Under the pieces are notes generated by a model. That model made no database searches. It was not told the DNA's origin and was given only the letters and a program-made list of their open reading frames with translations. DNA of 64,000 nt from Phoronis australis (lineage: Eukaryota > Animalia > Phoronida): assembly GCA_002633005.1 (NCBI GenBank), contig NMRA01000030.1:1399801-1463800 (forward strand), read 5' to 3'. This document shows, in pieces, positions 1 through 12,120 of this stretch (its first letter is position 1; each line of letters starts with the position of its first letter). Made by a program: the position numbers and the translations under genes.

Positions 1-257
1 ATGGGTTAACAACTAAATTTTTTCAGACTATAAATCAAGAAAATGCCGTATGCAGACAGACTTCATTCGCAGCAAAATAAACAGCCAACCCAGAGACGTC
101 TATTTTTAGTAAAATTACGGAAGTTAATTCAACCGTGGCTCAAGAAACCCTGTTGTGTGTCACAAATGCACTCCGAATGGGGCTATTCGGAGAATTTTCG
201 TCGCGGTGTCGCTGCTGTACTAGTGGTGATTGAATTGCGCATGTAAACAACTGGTAA

Positions 258-460
258 AAAGACGGAATTGTTATCAAAAGACGTCGTCGCGCTAAGCATC
301 ATTATTGCTATTTTCCCCGGTGCAAGTCTTCGACAGGTTGTCAAAAATTCCCGAAAGACGCAAGGTTACTACATGAGTGGACAATTGCGGTCAAAAGTGT
401 CAACCAACTGACAAAAAAGTGTGTGGATGCCGAAGCCCTGTGTGTGATCTATACATTTCC
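258..460 (+). pseudogene. THAP zinc-finger N-terminus of the ISL2EU transposase (frameshift and stop)
   Basis: Manual translation gives RRRRAKHHYCYFPRCKSSTGCQKFPKDARLLHEWTIAVKSVNQLTKK, then after a frameshift VWMPKPCV*SIHF. This fits the THAP pattern C-x4-C...FP..W...W.P...C..HF, with TGA at the third Cys. No DDE core was recognised downstream. Confidence 0.75.
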
Positions 461-1769
461 ATTGGGAGACTACATAAATGCATAACATTATTTGGTAAGT
501 TTTTAGCAATCAGTTTCTATTGACATCGTTCAGTGATGTTATCCCCACCAGTTACCCCACTGAATAAGGAGTTTATTGAGTGGAACTAAGTGTTTCTTTT
601 CGAAAACTAACCCGGAACTCAGATGCCGGGTAGGCTAGCAGCACATATTCACGTATTGTCCTGGGTGGGAGTGCGCCCAATATGGTGGTACGTAACGCTC
701 AGAAGTCAAGGGTGACTTTTTCACAGCAGTTTCTCTTCAAAACTATGCTGTGTCCAATAAAATTCACTAGATGAATGAGTTTCGTGATTTTATAGCGGAC
801 CCCGCCCCAGGATTACCAGATTAGTTACCGAATTTTAAAACATGGATAAGCCTTCATTCAGTAAATGTCGCAACATTGCATTGGAGTAAACATGGACACC
901 TAGAATGAATTTTATTTGTTGAGATCAGAAGCAAATTTTAAGTGTCATGAAAAATACACATTGTTAAATCACTTTTAGTCCGTTTCGCATATTTTAATTC
1001 AGATCTTAAATAAGACTTGGGTACAAAGGTTACTAGTTTCTACATATAATCATGAAGATGAAACGTCAAGTATGTGCTGCCTTACAAAAGTAGTTTTGTC
1101 TTGTGTTTTCTTTTATAATTTGCTAATATTTCTCTGACTATTCTGTTACAAGTGAGAGAAAACAACTGAAACCAACCGCCTGATCGTCTATTTTACCTTT
1201 GGACAAAGTGAAAAGAAATCCTCCAGCAATAACCTGAGAGAATTGATTCAGAAATTCAGCACTTGATATGCCTGATTATTAACTCCATTGCAATGTTCTT
1301 TCTTTGTATGTATGTGCTTGTTCAGTTTGCATGTTGTTTTTAAATACACTGATAATTGTTTATTCTTGAATTTTGTGCATAGCAGATTCTTATCCAGCTA
1401 GCTACAATTGAAAACATACTTTTCTTGCATGTGGAACTTTTGTTCATAGACAAGTTAACACAAAACTTAAAATTGTTCAAAGGTCTTCTTTAGAAAGCTG
1501 TAAAAATAATTACACACACAAACAAATCAAATGCAAACAAAAGGAATACTTCATTTTGATGGATGCACATTTCTATAGGTCAACAGGAAAATGACAATTT
1601 GCAAGCGTATTTGGTAATCACTTCAGGTTTATCAAGAATAAGCACAATTGCACTGTATGGGGCTTTAAAACTGAAGAAATATTGTGGTTTCAATAATTAG
1701 TGACAAACTTGCCTGTTGATGAAAAATTTATCCGATCATCAAAGTGTAACATTAACGGGCTTTCTACTG

Positions 1770-3960
1770 ACAATAAGACAATCGATGCAGTCACTGAATG
1801 TCATTTCCCCATAATGTGTACCAAATTGAAAAGTTTTTACCATTAGTATAAAGCCTTTCTTCTGAAAAGAAAAGTTAATGTCGCTCAGTGAGAAAGGACA
1901 GGTATTTATACCAAATGCTTTTGGTTTTCATTCCACTGGCATCTAGTTTCAATGACCTATAGAAGCGCTTGTTCCAGTTTCGTTACGTGGCTTTCTTTCA
2001 TGTAACCTCATTCAGCCTCAACAACATCCACAATTAGACAGCATATCACTTGAATCGTTTTGTGCCCAAAATCGGACCCTGAACTAGACCAGAGTGTTAC
2101 TAGGACTTATTTAGCTTCAGTCCCTCACGTTTCTTCCAGGAAAGGAAATAAGCTATTGTCCACACACGACTCATTGCCTATGAAATGGCATCCTCACCAA
2201 CGAGTCTGACTTGTGTAGCAGTCAGATAGAGTTCCTCTTCATACACAAAAAAAATCCACTGGCACATTGTCTTATGGTAACTTAGTACTGCGATTCACAT
2301 TTCTCCAGGGCCACTGACTTGTACATAGTGCCATGCAGCACTGCTGATGTGTGGAAGTGCTGTGGGAAGAGAACGGAGCAACAATGCTTGTCTATGTTGC
2401 GGCTTGAAGTGGCCTTAAAATGTCACTGAACCTGGAACAAATATTGAAATATGAATAATTAAATACTCCAGCTTGGGTCAAAAACGCTACCCCTGTTTTT
2501 CAAAAATATGATGTGGTGACTGCTTTACAATTTCACACAAAATTAAGTAATCACTATTTTCAGAAAGCAAGCATGGTTGTATTTTTCATTCGTAGGCATA
2601 TTAAGTCTTTAAACGCATTACTTGTCTGCAAAACATACAAGTTTTTTGAGACAACTTCAAACCTTTGTTACCCATCTTTAAGCCTTTTAATTTTTGATAA
2701 TTTCAGCAATTTTAAACTCCAATTACAGATTCATGGGTCTGTCAAGCATACTTCTAGTTTATGGCTGGGGGAACCGTTTCTCAGACTTTTTATTTTTCTT
2801 CTAATGGAAGGTATGAAGACGTGAGTCATTTAAGAATCATGAATAATCTTTCTGTTGTTTAAGAGTAATTACAAATCGCAAGGCACCATCAAAAATGCAA
2901 TCTTCACAAAAATGGCAGTCATTTGAATTTATAAACGACTTGCAACATTTCAAGGCATGAGTTAAGACTATTCAGTCACTGAGAATTCAGAAAATGTAAT
3001 ATATTTTATGGGATTACACTTGACAGCAAAAAATTTTCATGAAATAAACGTAAAAGAACTTCATGAAGGTTAAGAACTACTTCATCATGCTCTTTCCCCA
3101 GGACATGTATTACCTGTTATTTCCACACTTTCAGTTGCACCAAATTTTACAACCCCAACTCCCTATGCCAATCCCCCTATAAGGACCTGAATAAGTAAAT
3201 TAACAAAACGACGTTGCACATACCTTTCTTTATAAATAGCTGTTCCTTTTCAAAGGTTTTTTTCATTGTTTCCGATATAGAAAGGAGGCTTTGACAACAG
3301 ATCTGCACTGGATGGGAAGATCTTGCTGGCTAGGTGCAGTCAAATGATTAAAACCAATTTTTGTCCATTCAGGGAGAAGCCATGCATATCTCCTCTGCAC
3401 GGTACAAGCCCTCAAACCTCAAAAACAACAGGTCACATGAAAACAGACATGAGATTTCCATTTCAACGTGTTATAGATTTTCGGAAGACGTAAGATAGGA
3501 AGTAAACAAATAGTCTAATGGATATTTGTCACGTACCCTTTCTTTGATATGCAGGACTATATTTGCCATTGGGCTTGGATTGTAATCTTAACTCATTAAC
3601 CAAGATATAGTTGACAGCATAAACATTCAGCATTGACTGATGTAACTGTCACTGATAAACCTGTTAGAAATCATTCAAACAATCATACTGGTTTGATGTA
3701 CGAAAAGATCCCGAGTGCTACGTCAAGTATCGTAACACACATCACAACAAACAAATAATAACCTGACTGGCGACAGCCGCGAAGTCGACATCTGCGAGTA
3801 CCTCAGTTAACAGGCATCAGTGGAATAAACATGGAATAATCGTTAAAATAATCACAAAGCTTACCTTTGTATAAGGTCGTGCTTACTTCCTCTCACAGAA
3901 GCATCCTTTTCATGCAATTTCAGATTCAGTTGGCACGGCTGTAAGCCATTTCACCATATA
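1770..3960 (-). pseudogene. Degraded ISL2EU second ORF (SAP - SWIM - YqaJ/lambda-exonuclease-like), spliced
   Basis: About 3865-3930 reads QLNLKLHEKDASVRGSKHDLIQR followed by a GTAAG donor (SAP-like). About 2270-2430 reads VQ*HFKATSSRNIDKHCCSVLF and CTSQWPW (eroded SWIM plus CTS..W motif). About 1780-1850 reads SIWYT and HSVTAS (YqaJ W...R.TAS motif). Many stops and frameshifts. Confidence 0.55.
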
Positions 3961-4383
3961 CTTAAAGGGCTCACGAAATCGAGACTGCTTAATCTATCAC
4001 CACTAGTACACGCGCGTCCTCTAGTTAGTGCAAATTTTCCGAATAGCCCCATTCACCATAGATACTATAGTCTATAAATTCACATTCTATCCAAACGTGA
4101 CACAGTGTATTTTCAAAAGGATGTGCTGCAACCGAGGTCACGGTTTAGATGTGTTCCAATGACTTGTAATGTGTCTGCAGATGGTTTTCCCGGATTACAT
4201 ATACGGGAAAACCATTGTAAATATGAAGCTTTTCCATTGATCAAGAGGCTTNGGAGGGGTGGCGGTACTCTTTCAAGTTTGCTGTGTCTCATCGTCCAGC
4301 ATGTCAAAGAACAGCCCAACTCTGTCTCTCAGGTCACGTGTACTATATATCTCATAACTACCTCTAGGCCAAGGGATGACTTA

Positions 4384-5010
4384 TAGACCGGCAGCCCAGT
4401 GCACTTAGCATAGATGAACGAGGTACCAACATCTGACCACGGGAGCATTTAGAGTCCACCTCAGTATGTACAGAAATGGACGTCTGCCGTTGTCTGCACT
4501 CTGGGTGTGAGCCCTGGGGGGGGGGCTTAAAAAGTGCCCAAAAATGAGCTAGACTAGATATTCGAGGTACCAACAAAACTGATTTAAAACGAACAACAGT
4601 ATCGGACTGAACGCCAAATGACGCATGACAGACAAATTGCACTCCGGAATGGGTCCGGCAGAAACCAAAAAATGATCCCCCAAAAATGAGCTAGCACATA
4701 CATTCGAGGTACCACACAAAACCAATTCTACGAGGTTCAATGCATGTCACAGGTCACTAAATGCCCTATGACTAACAAATACACTCTGGATTGTGCCTGG
4801 CAGAAACCCTAAAAATCTCAACCACAGTATATGCTATCGAAACTTTGAGGTACTAGGTACATATTAGACACCCGAGGTACCGGCTAAAACTGACTTAAAA
4901 CCAATAATCGTGCCGCACCCATGACAGATAACAAATTGTGCTCTGGAAGGCGTTCGCCAGAAACTCAATTACATCGTAAAAGGAGCTAGGTCATCATTCG
5001 GGGTACCTCA
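4384..5010 (+). mobile_element. Academ-like terminal region (TAG terminus, subterminal repeats); partner end not found locally
   Basis: Starts TAGACCGGCAGCCCAG and carries recurring motifs AAAAATGAGCTAG, TTCGAGGTACC and TTGCACTCTGG. It is clearly homologous to the reverse complement of 47190-47577 and to 46620-47170. TAG...CTA termini are typical of Academ. Confidence 0.55.
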
Positions 5011-5636
5011 ATAAACATACTATATTCTGATTTTCTCAAAACGTAGTCAACATGTTGTCATTAACGTCACTTCAACTACACACTTTAGAGATTTACACAG
5101 GAAACCAACAATATTATAGCATTTCTATTATAATATTAATCTTTTAACACACATACCTCAAAATTGGTCTTACAAAAATATATAAATTTATTTATAGGGA
5201 AATCAACAAAACAAATCCATTGAACATTTCCAACGAATTACTTTCTAAATCATCACTGAATCATAGACAATGTATTTAGGACTGATTGATAGCATAACAG
5301 TCTCTCACAGGAAATCAACTACAATATGAAAGCAATTTCTACAATAATCATAGATATATATTTTCATTCAAAATAGTCATTGGTCAGGACAATTGTATGT
5401 AAGTATTGCCCATTGACACTTAATATGGCCATTTAAGTCTACCTAAACACTACAAAAATGTACTGGTTCTGCTAAAGATCCTTTTGAAATAACACAAATA
5501 TAGAAAGAAACTTGAGGAAAAAGGTTCAAAACAAAACGCCAAAATACTATCACATCAGACAACTACCAACCACAGACTTTGTAAATCTGAATAAACTATA
5601 GTGACTTAGTAACCTTCAGCACTGGACATAATGATT

Positions 5637-6085
5637 TCATTCATGACGTTTCTGCTTGCTATGCCTGTAGAAGGAGTCATACTGTTTGCAGGACATGCCA
5701 CATTCACCACAAAATGGAGTATCCTCGTGCTGTGACGCAGTGTCGCATCAAGATAACTCTTTCCATGAAACGTTGATCACAGATAGGACACTGAATCGAT
5801 TTGGTTCCTGAGCACGATGCTTCGTGCTGTGTTTTACCATGTTGGTAAAAAACTCTTGGCGCATGCAACGCGTCAATCACAGGGCTGGTAAAGGTTATGC
5901 TTTGTTGTAGTGTCACTGTATTTTATTGCCATGTGGTCATACTAAGTCGATTTCTTAGTTCCTGAACGAGGCTCCACAAAACACACACACTCTGTTGTGA
6001 CATGCGGCACTTGTACTAATCTTTTTTGAAGGCGTGGACGTTAAACCATGAAGGACTCATCGTGTGGCTACACTATGAGTTCAAC
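5637..6085 (-). pseudogene. Degraded tandem C2H2 zinc-finger ORF (about 4 fingers)
   Basis: Fragments across frames: CVFCGASFR/KST*YDHM, PCD*RVACAKSFYQHGKTQH, CPICDQRFMERVILMRH, FCGECGMSCKQYDSFYRHSKQKRHE*. Frameshifts and stops separate them. Confidence 0.65.
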
Positions 6086-6264
6086 TGAAAAAAATCAAAC
6101 GCATTCAGTTATGTTTGTGAGACTAAATCTCACTTAAAAATAATGATGAAATGTAATTAATAATTAACCCATCAACTAATTCAGGCACCGTATTATTCTA
6201 AAATTATTGACATAATACCGTAACTTGAACGACTATTCAGGCCAATGCAGAGAAAAAAATGTAC

Positions 6265-6774
6265 GTTCACGATCGCCTTTTTGCGTTCACGATCACCATA
6301 GAGAATTAACGACATCGTTCCCGATCGCCGTCTCACACAAGGACTTGCTTGTATTGGTAAATATCTCAAATTGTTTCACAAATCACAACTAACAAAGGTG
6401 TCACCAGGGACGATTAAACTATAAACGTCGCACGTCTCTTCTTAAGAACCCTGGAATTGCTAATAACAGGTAGAAATTGTCGATTTTACGAGGCGCAAGG
6501 CATTTTACCGAAAGCCATTGCTTTCTGAGCTTTTTATTTTAAAAATAAGCAAAAGTCAAGTATTATTTCAGATCTACAATAAAGGTTACACCCTGACGCT
6601 TTTTTGTGTGTAACATTCGTACCAAAGTGGCCTCTATTTAAGCAGAAAATGGCACTTAAACTCACCGGGTAGGTGACTGTCGTCTGCCATTTTTGGAGCA
6701 AGGTCTCGTTCTTGATCGCCTTCCGGGCGTTCTCGATCGCCGGTTGGCCGGGGTGGAAATGGGACACGTAAGGA
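6265..6774 (-). mobile_element. piggyBac-like (TTAA) terminus with subterminal GGCGATCGNGAAC repeats
   Basis: The minus strand reads TTAA|TCCTTACGTGTCCC at 6778-6761. A motif of type CGTTCNCGATCGCC occurs three times at 6264-6330 and twice at 6707-6741. No matching second end was seen. Confidence 0.35.
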
Positions 6775-8139
6775 TTAAAGTACGCGGTCACACGCCTAAA
6801 TGCATGTTGGTTGCCACGGTTTAACCATGACGCCTACACATGTTTAGTGGACCCGTGTCCCCCGGCTCCCCCGCCTCCTACGGCCCTGTAAATATGTCCG
6901 TTCTCCTAAGGACACTGACTGTAACACCTGAGGATGGTTAGAAAAATGACTGATCGAAATGTCGTGCGAATGTACGGTGGCTAGAGTTTGGTTTAAATAG
7001 ACCAAGAGATTTTTGACATAATGTAACCGACAGTTTGTTTTTCGTTGAGAGCATGTTCGGTGCGTAAAATGACACGCCGTGATCAGCCTAGCTGTACAGC
7101 CTAATGTCAAGCAATAACGAATTGGCAGTAAGTGTTTCGATGCATCTCCGACTTAGACGTGACATTTTTTCTAAATAAGTCGACTTTCGAATTTCCCGCC
7201 AAATCAATATGTCCCTCCATGACATAACTAAAATGGTTATCAAATGGTCATATGTCTAGAAAAACCACAATAAGTGAGGTATAAAAAGTTTTATCAACTC
7301 AGAAATGTGCTGTAGTATAATAAAAAATAAAAATGCGCGGTACTTTTTCAACAATTTACTAGGTTTATATCATTGAAAATTGATGTGTTTGATTTCAAAA
7401 GCAGCTATTTCTACGGTGGTTTCAATAAAGCGGGACTGACAATAAGCGCACGAGCACCTTTTACTTCAAATAATAAAGAAAATAGAGTCTTCTGCTTCCG
7501 AATCACGCTGCCTGTTGAGAATTCTACCAGCCAATCAGAAAAGCCGGTGTAAAAAATTCCCGAGGAAAATTAAGTGATACCTGCGTGCTGGCTACCACCT
7601 AGCGGCACGCAGGGAACCAGCGAGCTGAAGCACACGGACGCAGTATAGCTTTCCTTTGTTTTTGGGCATTGACAAAAAGATTTGACAACGTAAGCTGGGT
7701 TTTATTTCAACACAATGTCATGGGTGGCGCAGAACTGAAATAAATGTGGGGGGCTAGCGTACCCCAGCCTCCTACGGTGCGCCGCCTCTGATTAATGTAC
7801 CAGTGTTTGGTGAAAAAAATAACTGTAATAATTGATATGCCTTCTGCATTGGCCTTAAGCAGAGGAATTGACAAATTACCGTTAGCTACTGTATGCAGCA
7901 TTTGCACATATTATTTACCAACCAGGTAGACAACAAAATTCCACTAGGAGGCCGGTGCCTGAATTGCATCGGACGTTTGCAAGTCACACAGACCTCTTAA
8001 TTTTTTATATCCGTTTTAGAAACGATTTTTCGTATTGTGGAGGAGTGCCCTTTTTCTATACAACAGAAGACTAATACAGTTCCATGCACGTATTATGAAA
8101 TTTGATCACTTTGGTATACATTTCCAAACTAACAAGTCA

Positions 8140-8214
8140 TCCCAGGCCTACCGAGCGATGCTATATCATTGGCAGTAGGCCCAGGCGTACCGAGCGATCA
8201 TATATCATTGGCAA
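8140..8214. repeat. Two-copy ~39-bp tandem duplication
   Basis: CCCAGGC(C/G)TACCGAGCGAT..TATATCATTGGCA occurs twice in tandem. Confidence 0.85.
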
Positions 8215-8926
8215 GAATCTTCCCTGCATTGAGCGAACCAAACAGCAGCGCGTATGGCGTGCGCCAGAGCATCCATTTACTCAACTGGTTCACTTGTAAG
8301 AGCAGATCCGCTTAATTCCTAATAAAGGCATACCTTCTATCGAATGTAGGTGCACTTGCCTAAATAATGTAGATCAAAGCCTGGTGCTCTAAAATAAAAC
8401 TTTATACTTAACGGTCATTGCATTTCGCAAGAAACGGTGATATTTTAAAAATCTTACAATCTCTTTAGCAGAAACTATCATTACGAAGCTAGCTGTTTAC
8501 ATATTTAACGTCGTCAATCAAGAAATTCAAAAAGGTGTGAAAATGGTTACTAAATATGTGAACCAAAGAGTCGTCACTTTTCGGGCTCAGTCGACCCTTC
8601 TAGGCCATGGGCCGTAGCTCCAGTCGTTTCATCCTGGGACCATTTCAGGGGGCAACTTGATTTTTTCTGTATGGATAGATATACTATAAAGCAATTGGTA
8701 CCTGAAAAGTACCCACATTTTAAAATTGCACATTGTAGAAAAACAGTTTTTTGTAAGTCCAAATGTTACATTATTGAACAAGAGGTAGCGTTAAATCCAA
8801 CAAAAGACTAACATAACATGACATCTTCAGCCAATTGCAAGCTCAGGAATTAAGTAAATGCAGACCTACTGTAACATGGCGGCTCCCATAGGAGATGTTG
8901 TCAATGAATGCTGCAGACACTTTTAA

Positions 8927-10263
8927 ATGCGAAGGCAACATTTTTTCAGGTTATTCTTAGCAAAAATAAGGTTCCTTGATTATACCAGACATATTTTTCA
9001 CTTATTAACTGCTTTTCGTAATTTGATTTATTACTCGTCGTCTACTCCGGAAGTGACGTTTTGGGAGGCACGAATTTCGCGCCAATTTCTTTTCATGTAG
9101 TCCGACTGTGAGAGCAGTCGAGTCAGTCATTGTTCTACCTCGGTTGTGACAAGTTCGGTTGTCGTTTGCTTTTGCTTACGAGTCAGTCAACATGCCACGC
9201 TGTTGGTGCGTACTGGGGTGTACTCATTATCGTTTCACGCACAGAGATAGAACTGTCACACTTGCCCGAGTGTCCCGCGACGCACTTCCACTGGAGGGTG
9301 ATCTGAGCACCCAAACTGCTTACATCCCGCCATGTGACTCCCTCGCCACACACCTGGCACCTTCTAAATAGCTCCAATACAAGTCCGCAATAAACTTATT
9401 AAACTTAGGCTCACCGATCTGTTCATTAGATGTCGAACTGTCCTCTTCACTGGGTGTCGAACTGGGCCTGTATTCACTCCCACTACTCAGCATCGCTGTA
9501 GGGTTGCTTACAGGCTCTGGGCTAGAGACAACAGCACAGGGCGAATCACTGCTAGTTCCCGGAAGTGCACGCAATGGGTTACGTTCGGAGTCACAGGTGA
9601 CAATAGATGAAGTGCCTCCAGTCACTGTATATAGTGGCCACAGCTCGATCGCGAGGCTTCTCGCTTCAAAAATGCACTTCTCAGGGTTGGCGACGGGGCA
9701 CTGCCGAGAATCAACAGCGACGGTATGGTACCCTTCTTCAGGTGTTGTTTCGCAGGGACTTTCATCAATTCAGCGTACATATCTCTGTCGTAATCTGACG
9801 GCAGAAAATGCTTGCCACACACTCGGTAACCCTCCACTGCTTTGTACGTTGCCTGGACGGGTAGCGCTGCGTTCTTCACATGAACGAGCTAGCCAAGTAC
9901 GGCGAAGTGTGTCATCCTTCGGAAAGCGACGCAAGGTACCCAAAGCGCGTGTGAGACGATAATGAGTACATCCCGGCACGTAGCAACAGCGTGGCATGTT
10001 GACTGACTTGTAAACAAAAGCAAACGACGATCGAACTTATCACAACCGAGATAGAACAATGACTGACTCAACAGCTCTCACAGTCAGACTATAATGAAAA
10101 GAAATTGGCGCGAAACTCTTGCCTCCCAAAACGTCACTTCCGGAGTAGAGGACGAGAAATTAATCAAATTACGAAAAGCTGTAATTAAGTGAAAAATGTG
10201 TCTGGGATAATCAACGAACCTTATTTTTGCTAAAAGTGACTTGAAAAAAGGTTGCCTTCGCCT
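8927..10263 (-). mobile_element. Kolobok DNA transposon deletion derivative with ~315-bp TIRs, nested in the Academ element
   Basis: TTAA TSD (8923-8926, 10264-10267); termini A(T/G)GCGAAGGCAAC...GTTGCCTTCGCCT; 8927-~9242 is the near-complete reverse complement of ~9948-10263. Contains a THAP and CxxC...CxxGH transposase remnant. Confidence 0.85.
9245..9997 (-). pseudogene. Kolobok transposase 5' fragment (THAP domain plus CxxC/CxxGH zinc motif), frameshifted
   Basis: MPRCCYVPGCTHYR...RFPKDDTLRRTWL, then YRVCGKHFLPSDYDRD...HLKKGTIPSL (a complete THAP across one frameshift), a Ser-rich linker, then LELFRRCQVCG...ITLQWKCVAGHSGK. The DDE core is absent. Confidence 0.8.
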
Positions 10264-10269
10264 TTAAGC

Positions 10270-12120
10270 TGTAACTTCATCTGATCTGTTGAGTTTCTTG
10301 AAACTGACACGGGCAAAAAACATCGACTGTGTGAAGGAATGACTTTCCCTTGGAGATGAAGACAGTAATGAGCACAATGTGTGTTACCAGTTGGCATTTG
10401 CATCAAGTAACTTCACGGACTGGCGTGGGCTGCAGGCAGTATCAGTATCACAAATCATGTCATTATGATGTTAATGACGTTACAAAGATTGAAAGAGCAA
10501 AGAGGAAAGATTGTGAAACTATAAAGTATGCTGAGAACAGAACCCCCTGATCACGACCAAGATGATGGTGAGTGTTAATTTTTTCTGGGAGTATGATAAA
10601 TTGACGCAAGGCACCGAGTCAGTGACACTGTAGTCACTGCCCCAATGCGAAACAGGTCACTTCAAACCCAAGTCAACTCGTACCCAAGCCAATTTTCAAA
10701 AGTACTTCAAAACTATTTAATTTGGCAAGGCAGTGATTAAAATCAATCAATTGTGCTATGTTTATGAAAAACGACTCAATATTACCTGTTATTTAGTGAA
10801 TGAAAATGCCAATTTATTAGTTATGTTTTTAGCACGGGTACGAATTGACTTGGGTGCGAGTTGGCTAAGGTACGAACTGACTAGAAAGCCCTCATGTGCA
10901 CGACTGGTAAAAAGACTGTGTTCCCTGGTGATTGCCCGTTAATGTAATCATTGACTACAGAATGTGCCTATATCTGGAGCACCACCTTTACATTTTCAAG
11001 CTACTTTTACTCGCAAGTTTTGTTAAAAGGCGCATAGGTGCAGATGTAGGTGCAGTTTCACACATATGGTTGAAGAATAACGAAATATATTTTGAGAAAA
11101 GTCATTTTTATCGACTTTCTACTTATTCAACATAATTTTTTGATGATTTGCTTAAAAATTAATTTTGTGCAGTGTTGTTGGAACACTATCTTCAAAAGTT
11201 TCACTTTTATGTGTAATTTGAAAATTTATTTGAGGGAAAGTAGAGTTTTGAATACTTGCATGTTTGTTAAGACTTGTGTGCATTCTTGAAATTGTATGTT
11301 AATTTTCAAACAAAAATTTGTTTTCAAGACCATTTTGCATACAAACCCATGGGTATCTTTTTCACAGCCGGCTAGGTCTTGTATATGCACGTCTTATTTT
11401 GAGTGTTTTCTATCTGTCTTTTGATCATTCTTTGTACTTCCATTTGGATATTGTAATAAAGAATTGAGTACATGTTAACATCTATCGTTTTATAGGACAG
11501 GGCTACAAAAGCCTACAATGCTTTCCATATTTTTATACTCTGACAGCGGTTTTTATTTTTAATTTTCTTGGTTGTGGGTGGGTTGTTTTTGGATGCTGGA
11601 AATGACGTGTACATATATTGATCAGATTACAGAGAAGAGATCTGGTATCACTCGAAGCCAAATACCATCGTTCTTGCTACAAAAGCTTCACAAGACCACT
11701 GACAAAACAGAAACCTGACGATAGTGAAAACAGTGAAATTTTCACATATGTATTTCAAGAGTTTTGCTTTGAAGTTGTGGAGCAACGAATAATCTCGCAT
11801 CGGGGAAATATTGCATTTGACTCGGTTAAAGTAACTCCTGGATGAAACTTTGTCCAAATGAGATTGTAATTTATGTGTCCGAACTGGAAGTCTGAAATCG
11901 AAATTACAGAGAATTTACCCTATTCTACAATTCCTTCTTCCAAAACGGAATCAGAGTGAATTGTTGTTTAACAAACATTTGTTCTTGTGTAAATTCTGGA
12001 CTAAAATGCACTGAAATGAGCAACTGCCAAAACTGTGAGAATGTCAAAGTGAGTGATGAAATTGAGTCAGATGATGAGTAACGCTGTGATGGACTTGCAT
12101 CCCGGCCGGAGGAACTTGGA
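10270..12120 (+). pseudogene. Academ transposase N-terminal remnants
   Basis: ORF 11618-11845 has the DLxAxEAxYHxxCYxxF-type motif followed by FQEFCFEVVEQRII. ORF 10350-10550 has YHKSC...TKIERAKRK. The region is interrupted by stops and by a MITE. Confidence 0.65.
10650..10890. mobile_element. Small MITE with subterminal GTCAACTCGTACCC-type repeats
   Basis: AAGTCAACTCGTACCCAAG on the left; three inverted copies on the right (GGGTACGAATTGACTT, GGGTGCGAGTTGGCT, GGTACGAACTGACT). Confidence 0.6.

Larger units (their letters stand above)
179..4050. mobile_element. ISL2EU (PIF/Harbinger-related) DNA transposon, decayed, two convergent ORF remnants
   Basis: 19-bp TIRs GGGGCTATTCGGAGAATTT (179-197) and AAATTTTCCGAATAGCCCC (4032-4050) match 18/19. 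Both ends are flanked by AT (177-178, 4051-4052), the ISL2EU TSD. A THAP remnant reads inward from the left end and SAP/SWIM/YqaJ remnants read inward from the right end, the known ISL2EU two-ORF layout. Confidence 0.8.

Noticed and set aside
7592-7608. CTCF-like motif (minus strand GCCGCTAGGTGGTAG) near a CCAAT box
   Set aside because: A single short match amid repeat fragments with no linked gene; not supportable without ChIP data.
9504-9962. 152-aa plus-strand ORF (and ORFs 50231-50706 on +)
   Set aside because: Antisense shadows of the minus-strand THAP transposase remnants.
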